Part shown: positions 48,218 through 57,700 of the stretch, piece after piece
How positions within the stretch are numbered: position 1 is the stretch's first letter
How the letters are laid out: every line of letters begins with the position of its first letter
DNA from: Epithemia pelagica
Taxonomy: Eukaryota > Protista > Bacillariophyta
DNA: 64,000 bases
Reading direction: 5' to 3'
Assembly: GCA_946965045.2 (NCBI GenBank)
Contig: OX337230.1
Coordinates: 4,278,001 to 4,342,000 of the forward strand
The notes under the pieces: generated by a model
Told to the model about the DNA's origin: nothing
Databases searched by the model: none
Seen by the model: the letters and a program-made list of their open reading frames with translations, nothing else
Program-made: the position numbers and the translations under genes

Positions 48218-48569
48218 TGTTAAATCCAGCGTCGTCTCCGTATGGATGGGCTAAAAGAGCTAAATAAAAGGAGAAAAGAGTATTATAACGCTACGCTGAC
48301 GGTGTCCCTTGACCCTTGACGATGAGTTGGTGAGTTGGTAGGGTACGTGGTCAGGCGGAAAGTGCCCTTTGATGACGTGTGCCTCCGGAGAATGTCCCCG
48401 AAGCACCGGGTGACCCAATATCTTCACATATTATAGCGTTACGTTGACGGTGTTCCTTGACGATGAGTTGGTGAGTTGGTAGGGTACGTGGTCAGGCGGA
48501 ATGTGTTCTTTGATGACGTGTGCGTCCGGGGAATGTCCCCGAAGCACCGGGTGACCCAATATCTTCACA
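48218..48569 (-). repeat. 3' LTR of the outer element, with a tandem duplication of its first ~141 bp
   Basis: TGTGAAGATATTGGGTCACCCGG starts at both 48569 and 48428 on the minus strand; 48429-48569 repeats 48281-48428. Confidence 0.9.
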
Positions 48570-48606
48570 CTCCCTCTCACTTTTCGTCCCTGGTGCTCTT
48601 TGCTGA

Positions 48607-51600
48607 TCACCAACCGAGGACCCGTTTGCGTAGCCGCCTTAGCACATCCACTGCAAGTGGTTTGGTGAGATAGTCCGCCAATTGGTTTGTTGTGTCTACC
48701 GCATGTATGGATATCTTCCCTTCTTCCACGTAGGATCGGAAGTGGTGCAACTTGACATTGAGATGTTTGGTGCGTGGTCTGAATTTGTATACTCGCGCCA
48801 TCTCCAATGCCCCGCTGTTGTCTTCGAATACCTTGCAATGCACTTCCGCCTTGGTGGTGTGGATTTGGATTTGTTGCTCCTTCATTTCTTCTAGGAGTCG
48901 CATGAGTGGTATTGCGGCTCTGAGGGCGTACGATAGCCCCGTGTACTCGCTCTCCGTCGAACTCAGTGCGATTTCTGTCTGGAGTTGTGATTTCCATATG
49001 ACGGGGCAGCCCATATAACGGATTATGTAGCCGTGTCGCGAGCGCGCTGTGTCCCTATCTGTGCTCGCCGTCTCCTTGTTCCAGTTGCCCGCGAAGTCAG
49101 CGTCGACGTACACTTCCAGTCCCAGTGCTGGGTTGGGGTGGAATGTCATTCCCTGCTCTCGAGTCCCTTTCAGGTATCTCGCTATCCATCGTACTGCCTC
49201 GCCGTGTGGTTTGCGTGGGTTTGACGCAAAGTGAGCACATTGATGTGTCGCGTATGAGATATCGCTCCTGGCACCTGCTTCCAGATAGTTCAACATCCCC
49301 ACTATTGAGCGGTAACTGAATGACTCGTCGAAAGCCGGCTCGTCGAGGTGGCGATGCAAGATCTTTGACGACGCCATGGGATTGTCTTTCGTGGTTGTGT
49401 TGTCCTTGAAGTGAAGGGCCTGCAGTATCTCTTGGATAAGATGCGGCTGTGCGAATGTGATTCGTCCATCAGCATGTTTGGTGGTGTTTACGCCGAGGAA
49501 ATCCTTTATGTTGCCTTCCACAGTGATGTTGAGCTTTGCCGCTTTGAGGTCGGCGATTACTTGGTCAATGTCCTGTTGGTTCGGCCCACAGAGGATGCTG
49601 TCGTCGTTGTACAGTACGTACACCACTGAACCACGGTAGAAAAAACATTCGTATATGGATGACTTGGTGAAGCCCACATCCTGTACCAATCTCCTCGATA
49701 GGTGTTGGTACCATACTCTCCCGGCCTGTTTTTGGCCATACAAGTTGGCGTGGAGCTGTAGGGCGTAGTCCGTTTTGGATTTGCCTCCTTCCAGTTCATA
49801 GCCCCGGGGAATCTCCATATAGACCTCCCGTTCTACTGGCGCCTGTGGATATGCCAGTACGTAGTCTATTTGCGTCGTGTGCCAGTTGAAGGCCGACACC
49901 AGCGCTAGCACGAGGCGAATTGATGCCCAGTTGGCCACGGGTGCATACGTTTGGTCGTAATCACGCCCTTTCTCCATACGTGAGCCGTCGAAGTTCAGCC
50001 TTGCCTTGTGTGCTTTTATGTCTCGTGTGATGATGTCGCGTTTTCGTTTCATCTGCCACACTGCTTTGAAGATTTTGGTCCCTTTGGGGATCTTGCTTTG
50101 GTGCACAATCGAGAAGTTCCCATCCTCCATCTGTCGGTCCATTTCCTTTTGCATCCCCTGCACGAACTGGGCGCTATCTTCCTGCGCCATCGCCTCGTGA
50201 TGATACATCGTATCGGGGTCGGAAATTGCCGCTTTGAAGGCTATCGGGTTCAGCTTTGATTGTTGCTTGGTGGCTTTCTTTCGTTTCTTGCTCTCTTTTG
50301 CTCGCTTTTTCGCGGCCTCGTGCTTGATCATGGTCTTGTAGGCCAGTAGCCCGTCCTCGGCCACCATGTCATCTTGAGGGCAGAGGGTGACGTAGGTGAA
50401 TATTTCGCCTGGGATTGTTTCCTTGTCCTCTGTTTCAGCGCTCATCACCTCGATGAGTCGTTGTGTGGGCTTCCTGATCCTTCCGGATCGGGTGCGAATG
50501 GTTGGTGTCTGGGGAGGAGCACTCGCCTGTTCCCTCTGACTTTGCACTTCTCTCCTTTCCTGGCTAGTCGCTGGAGTCTGTTGTGCATTTTCAAGTTGTT
50601 CCATGGTTAGGTCTCCCTCTTGCGGCAGCGTCCCGTCCTGCAATTGGGTCATAATCCTTTCGTTGTGTTGTTGAGTGTTTGTTTCGCCCGTTCCCAGTTC
50701 CATTCCAGGTGCGGCTCCCTCTTGCCGCCGGCTTCTTTTTGCCGTTTTCCTTGGTTTGGGTTGCTGGTCCTTTTTCCCATTCGCCTTCCTGTCGCCGTCT
50801 TGAAAAACGTGCTGACTTGCCAGTTTGCTTCGACCTTTTCTTGTTTCATCGTATCGAAGCCCTTGTCGAACCGTACGTGAAACTGTGGGCTCACGTGTCC
50901 TGTGTGGCGATGCAACACTAGGGCCACGTTTGGGTTGTGGATTGGGGATTGGCCTAGGTAGATGCCAATTCGTGCTCTCTCCTTCCATTTGTGGTGCGGT
51001 TTTCCGGACTGCAGCGCCTCACTCAACACGTACACTGGACAGCCGAATGGTTTCCAGTGTTTTCGATTGATGTTGACGGGCGTCTGTGCGAAAAGTTGGA
51101 TTGGTGCTTGCTTCGATGAGTGCTGCATGTTCGGTGAGTTGTTGATGCAGAGGTTCGCTTGGCGCAGTGCGTACGGCCAAAGATGTGCCGAGATTGCCTC
51201 TGGCCAGCGCTTGTGTGCGTGCATCAGCATCGTCCGTGCCATTTCTTGTAGCTCCCGAATCCGCCGTTCCGCCTTTCCGTTGGCGTGGTGTGCTCCAACC
51301 GCTGCGAAGGTGAGTTCTTGTCCGTCCCTCTCGCAGCATTGGACCCATGCTTTCGCCTTGAAAATTCCATTGTCTGCGTGGTACGCCTTGATCTTGACTC
51401 CACGGTTGAGTGCGTACCTCTCAAATGCCTTCTTGCCCTGGATCGTTTCGGCTGCTGTCGCTGTACGTTGCAGGTACACGAATTCGAGGGACGTTGCTTG
51501 GTCCACATAGACCGTTGCGTAGTTATACCTCTGTTTTGTGAGGAAGCCCGTCATTTGGGCGATCAGTCCAGGAGTAGGTGACACGAGTTGGTCCACCGAT

Positions 51601-52994
51601 ACCACTTGGCCTGGCCTGATTGGTTTTACCTCGGCCTCCCTGTCTCGGACTGTCTTCGATCGCCATGGCCTCTTGGTTGCCTTGGCGTATCCACATGCTG
51701 AGCATACTGGAACGTGACACTTCGCCAGCCGTCTTGGCAGCTGTCCGTCCTTGGCCATCTGTTGGAGCTTTGGAAAAGGTAGGTGTCCAAAGTCGTAGTG
51801 GCACCTCAGTAGCTCGGCTTCTGCTGATGGGACCCGTTCCTCCTCATCTGGGATGATGTCGGGTGTCTCCTCGAGTGTTGCTGCGTCCTTGGCGTTGATG
51901 TCGAATGTCCTGGGTGCCGGCGCTTCTCCATCCGCCGTAGTTGGCTCCGATTCATTTGGTTGTATGGCGCTGTGCCAGACTGGTGGCGGCGCTTCATTTT
52001 CGGGTTCGATATCGTCGTTCTCCGATCCATCCTCGTCGTCCGAGATTATGGATGGTTTTACTTCGACGTCGTTTTCCGTCAGTGGGTTGTTGTCGTACTC
52101 GGGGTCGTCTGTTCCGGCACACTTGCAGTACTGGTGGTACTTGTCGTATCCGCTCGCGAGACTGAACGTTGCCACGTTGTTACCATATGACTCGATCGGG
52201 ATCGTTCGGCGTGACTTCCTGTTGTTCCAAAAGAGGACGACTTCGGTTCCTGTGGTCGTCTCGCCTGCTCCTCCCCGTCTGTCGACGTTGTTGCGTGTTT
52301 GTGCCCAGTGCTACGGGCTCAGCAGTCGCACTCCTCCTTCTGGCACGTAATACAAATTTGGTATGATCATGTGGTGGACTTCACCTTGATTGTCCTCCCA
52401 TTTCCAATGAATTGTGCATTGCCACACGTTGAAAGTTCTCGTTCCACCGAAGCCTTTGATTGCTCTTTTGCATGGGGTGAGTGATCCTGGTATGTCTTCT
52501 CGCTTGTGCGTAATACATCCGGAACATCGATTGTCTATGCCGACCATGCGCGAGTCTGAGTCAAAGGGTGCGCATTGTCTTGCGCTGCATTTGGCTGCCA
52601 TGGCAAATATGGCTGCCATGCACAGTCGTTTTCGGTTGGAGCTTTTCATTCGCGTGTGTTTTCGGTGGTGTGCTTTTGCTTTGGTGTGGATCCTGTTGTC
52701 CAGCCATTCTGCTGCTGTTTCGGTTCCTCTCCCGATGTAGTGGAGTATTTTTGACATCCATGCTTGTGCTGCCATGGTATTTTCGCTGTCCTCATCCTCG
52801 TTCCGTTCGACGATGGTTACTGCTGCGAGTATCATGTATTGGAGCAGTAGCTGGAGTGTCGTTAGGATGGTGCTTGCTGCTCTCGCTATGAGGATCGTGG
52901 CCACGATGTCTACGGTGGCGATGAAGGAGAGGGTGGAGTAGATGTTAACATAGATGGTTAATACATTTACTTTGGCCCACTCTCTCCATAACCG
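48607..52994 (-). pseudogene. pol of the outer element (protease, integrase, RT, RNase H)
   Basis: Protease IDNRCS. HHCC and DDE integrase (SVDQL, HADNG, AERRIRE). RT with KARL, QIDY, LYGQKQAG and YNDD. RNase H DADFAG, STESEY, FEDN. TAG at 52311-52313 inside LLSP(Q)HWAQ and a frameshift near 50760. Confidence 0.9.
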
Positions 52995-54012
52995 TCATTC
53001 GTAGTCCGAGTCTTCTTGTTCTTCGATGAGCGTCTATGGCGCCGCTGCCAGCTTGAGTGCCCCATCCTTGGTCTTCTTTTCCTTCTGTCCTTCCTTCTTG
53101 GAGGAGTCCTTCTTTGCCGCGTATCCTCGGCATTCGGACGGCTTGTGGGTCCTCCAGCGTCCGTCACACTTGCCCTTGGTCTCACTGGAGCACCAATACC
53201 ATTTGGTGCCATTCCATGTCCGGAACTTGTGCATTTTGTCCGCCTTCGGTTTCTCGTTCTTTTTGAGCCACGCTGGTTTCTCCGGTTTCGTCGGGGCTCC
53301 ATGTTTGTCGTTGCTCGATTTCTTTGCTGGGCCTTCCTTCTTGCTTTCGAATTTTGTGCCCTTTGACGGTGCTCGTTTCTTCAGCGATTGCACCTCCGCT
53401 TGGAGGGCTAGCACTTCCTTCTGGTGCTGCGTGGGTTGCTCCCACTCGTCCCTCATGACTTGTTTCTTGTAAAAGTTCACTGCCTTGATCATTAAATCGC
53501 GTGCCGCGGTGATGGTTGCTGTCCCATCCTCGTGTCCGTCTTCCACTTGTTGGATGTACGCTGCGAATCGTTCGTCGTTGACGGCCTTGTATCCCTTGAA
53601 GAGATTGACGATCAGGTCTGACGATGCTTGTCCGCGCAATGATAGGCCGTCCACTTGACTCTGGACATACGCATTGAATGCGATAATGTCACTGCCGTTA
53701 GTTTCGATGTACTTGTCAAGACTGGACAAGTTGAGTCGCAGTGTCGAGACTGTGGCGTGGGAGTCGAGGTAGCTCTCTCGTACCACTACCTTGAATAGGC
53801 AACCTCCCGCGTCCAGGCCATTCACTTGAGTCTGCTGCTTCCAGATTTGGATTCGCTGAATTCCTGTTGGTGACAGAGAATTCATGATCAAGTCATAGAG
53901 CATCTTAGAGTCTTTGCTTTTTCGACTGTTCCCTGCGATGAAGGATTGCTCCCATGCCGTTACATGGGCCAGAGTCACCCGCCCATAGTCGTTGATGAGG
54001 TCGACTTGGTTT

Positions 54013-54795
54013 TGTTACAATTCTTTCTGAATCGTAGGGACATTGATGCTCGGTAGAGCAGACAATCAGGTAGGTCACCAACCGATACAAGCTTCTCAGG
54101 GTCAGAGAAGCAAGCAAGTCGAAGTCTATCAGAAGGATAGTCGGGACACAAAAGAGGATGTGATAAATGGTGATATTGTTAGATTGTGTGTTGATTACTA
54201 CGATAGGTCTACGTGAAATGTTCGGTCCTGCCAAGGGTCATGTGTCATAGGTTCTTGGCGGCAACAGGTTTGGAATAGTTGGAGTTGATTCATGTGATGT
54301 ATATGACATGTATATGTGGGCGGATAACATATACAGGGTCAACAGCTCTTGCTTTGGGTTGGCATAGTTGTTTTCATGGCGCGCAGCTTGTTGACAATTT
54401 GGAGATTGTGGGAATGGAAATATGGTCTCGCGTGATCGTGTGTCGTGCTTGGGATACTTAGACCGTTGGATCGGATAGATGCCGATAGCGCTCGGATGTC
54501 GCTTGGGCGCGCTCGATGATTTCGGGCGCGTACGCTTAGGGCGTTAGTATAATGTCCGAGCAACGGCCAAATTTATGTCCGTTGTAATACCGCACGACCC
54601 AGTTTAGTCTTGAGAGTGAGTTCGTCAATCTATTCTCACTTTTCATGATTTGCGAAGAAATATAGGTCGATATAGCGCGAAGCTAGGAAACATAGCTCGA
54701 AGCTAGAGGGCATGATGTGATAGCACGAGGCTATGTGACATGGGGAATCGATGAGATGTAGAATCTAACCACCATAGACGGTGAGAATTCTAACA
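54013..54795 (-). repeat. 3' LTR of the inner element
   Basis: Direct repeat of 61614-62396. Confidence 0.97.
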
Positions 54796-57700
54796 CTCCC
54801 CACAACTCGTCGTTTCAGCCTTGTCATCATTGGATTTGTTGAGATCTTGAACTTCTCCTTTCCAAAACAACAATGGCTTGAGCATGGGCCAAATAGATAC
54901 GAAATCCCAATGTTTGCTAAGGATATCGGCAGGGTTGGTCTTTCCATCTTTCCAGTAGAATGCAACATACTTTGCTGCGATGGCTTCACGAACTCGGTGG
55001 TATGACAGAAGATGGTGTCTCTTGGATAGTATGGAGTGAGGAACGGTTGCATTGAGCACAACAGATCTGTTATCTCCGTACAAGTAACTTCGCTCTCGGA
55101 TAGGTACTCCAAGGTAGCGGAGAGAATGTCGTAATTCTGTAATCTGATCTATTGCTGTCCTTGCAGCCACAAACTCGGATCCATAGGTAGCAGTTTCCAC
55201 CGTGCTCTGTCTCTTGCTGTACCAGTCAATAGGTGTTCCGTTCAACAAATGTAGAACAGCAGTGACGGATTTACCAGTGACTATGTCATGCATGAGATTG
55301 GCATCAACATAATGAGTTGTGGTAACATAGCGGCCAAGAGGTGTTGGGCAGTCTTCAGGAATACGTTCACTTGCATTCGAATAGACAGTGCGAGTCCAAT
55401 CAAATTCTTGGGTAGGAAGACTTGAATAATCAGGCTCTCCAATCCTAAATCTGATTGCGCCTTCTGGGAGATGTGCAAGGTATCCATAGATACGCTTGGC
55501 TCTATCAAGATGTCCTTTCCTCGGAGCAGCACGAAAGCGTGATAGCGTCATTGTAGCGGTGAAGACGTCGAAACGACCAATAGTGATCACCCATTGGAGT
55601 TGTCCAATCAGAGTTTGGAAATGGCTAGTACCTTCTTCATCAAGGAGCTCAGAATCATCCAATTCAGGATGGTCTCCACCAATAAGAGGTGTTTTGGCTT
55701 TCTTGGGTTTCTCCTTGAAGATTCGTTCGAAAGTGTCCATCATCTTACCAATGTAGCGTCTTGGATCTGCTACGAATGTTCCATCAGAATCCTTGGTGTA
55801 ACAACATCCCAAATGGAAATCAATAGGTCCATCTCCTTTGAGTTTGAAGTTGTATTTCTCCTTCAGGATCTTGCAGATATTCCCAGGATCAGTAGAAATA
55901 ATGGCTAAGTCATCAACGTATACGGCAATGTATTCGTAACAGTCTTCTCCAGGTGCTTTCCTCATCCAGATATCCGGATCTGCTTTGCTTGGTGAAAATC
56001 CCATGTCTGTCAAAACATCGAATAAGACATCATGCCAGCGTGCGCCTGATGACTTCAATCCATAAAGTGCCTTGTATATAATCAGGATGTGACCTTCTAA
56101 TTCCTTGAATTCAGGTCCTGCGACAATGAAAATTTTCTCCCCTGTCAAGGCTTCCAGATATGCATTTCCAATATCTGCTCCCCATATTTCCAAGTCATTC
56201 AAAGTACCCAGGAATAAGGCAATGCGGAGGTTGCGAATGGAAACAACACCTGAATAGATTGTCTCAACAGGTTCTTTTGTGAGATGTCCATCTGCGACAA
56301 GTCTTGCTTTATGTCGTCCATCATGTTTTACGTCAAAGACAAGATGCACACGTATCTTATGATATCCTTCAGGTGCATTGGATACTTTCCCTTTAATGAA
56401 GATGGCTTTCCCAAAATCCTTGAATGTCTTGTAGGACTGGATCTGTGACAATTCTAATTCTGTTGCATCCTGCCACTTTGTGTTGCCATGTTGTTTATCA
56501 AGAGCAACAGCTTCCTCATAATTGCGTGGTACTTGAAATCCAAACTTATACTTGACGGAATGGTGAACTTGTTTAATCCTTGACTGTTTGGCTGCTCGAA
56601 TGAGACGTTTGCTTGTTTTGACATAACGTTTCAAATGCTTCCATCCAGGTTCGTTGAGTAAACCATGTTTCTTTCCATAAATTGCTACAGTGATCGGATC
56701 ATCATTGGCGATGAGTGATAAAGGTTCATAGGTAGTCTCCCCAGTTTCCCAATCAACAAGCAAATTATATTTGCTCCCCTTGTAATCTGGATCAGTTGTG
56801 TTCAGTGGGCCTTGATGGGCAATGACATCCCTGAACCTGAAAAGATTATCTCCAGAGGTTTGAGCTTGGTTATCTCGTTCGATATACTCCATGAGTTGAT
56901 TATAAGATATCATCTCATCAACATCAGAATTTGTCTTTCGGTAAATGTACTTGACACGTTCTTCCTGTTTCGTTGCTTCTTCATTAAGATCAATGACTCG
57001 TTTGATGACACGTGCACGGTGTCGCTCCCCATTTTCTTCTGTGTCGCATAGGAATGTGCGTCCTATCATGTCGTCAAAATCGATCGTGGGCATTGGTTTG
57101 GATGGATCTTCACTATCACTGCGAATGAAGACAGTGTCAGCTTGCTTATCATTGTCATCCTTCTCAGACGAATCCTCCCCTGAAGGTCGATCCACACGTA
57201 GGTTAGGTGTAGTGGATTCAACACGGCGAACGGCAGAACGATAGATTATCTGGTTATCCTGGGTGAGAATTTTCCAAGTAAAAGAATCACCAACGTTGTG
57301 AGCAAAACCAACCCAGTGGCCAAGTTTCTCATCAGAAGAAGATGGATATGAACCGGAATTGGGTTCAGCGGGGTCGACACGGTAGTAAACCTCATCCCAG
57401 AAAGGAAAGAACAAGAGATGAGTAATGTCGGGTGGGCGACCGGAGAGAGCCTCAAGAGGAGTGCGACCGGAGTGGGTGGGTGATGACGTATGGTTCAATA
57501 AGTCACAGACATACTCAAGGCAAAGAAGCCAGGTGTTGGCAGGGCAACCAGTGGCATTCATGAGAGCGTTGGTCATACGTTTAACGGTCTGATAACGGTT
57601 TTCAGCCTTATTCTGGTGTTGATGATAAGGTTCAGATCGATACTCCCCAATAAGCAAAGTGCGAAGAATGTCTTTGACCTTTTGAGAGATGAGAGATGAA

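Noticed and set aside
54279-54563. Short ORFs inside the inner LTRs (repeated at 61880-62164)
   Set aside because: Only 60-75 aa, no motifs, and repeated only because the LTRs are identical.
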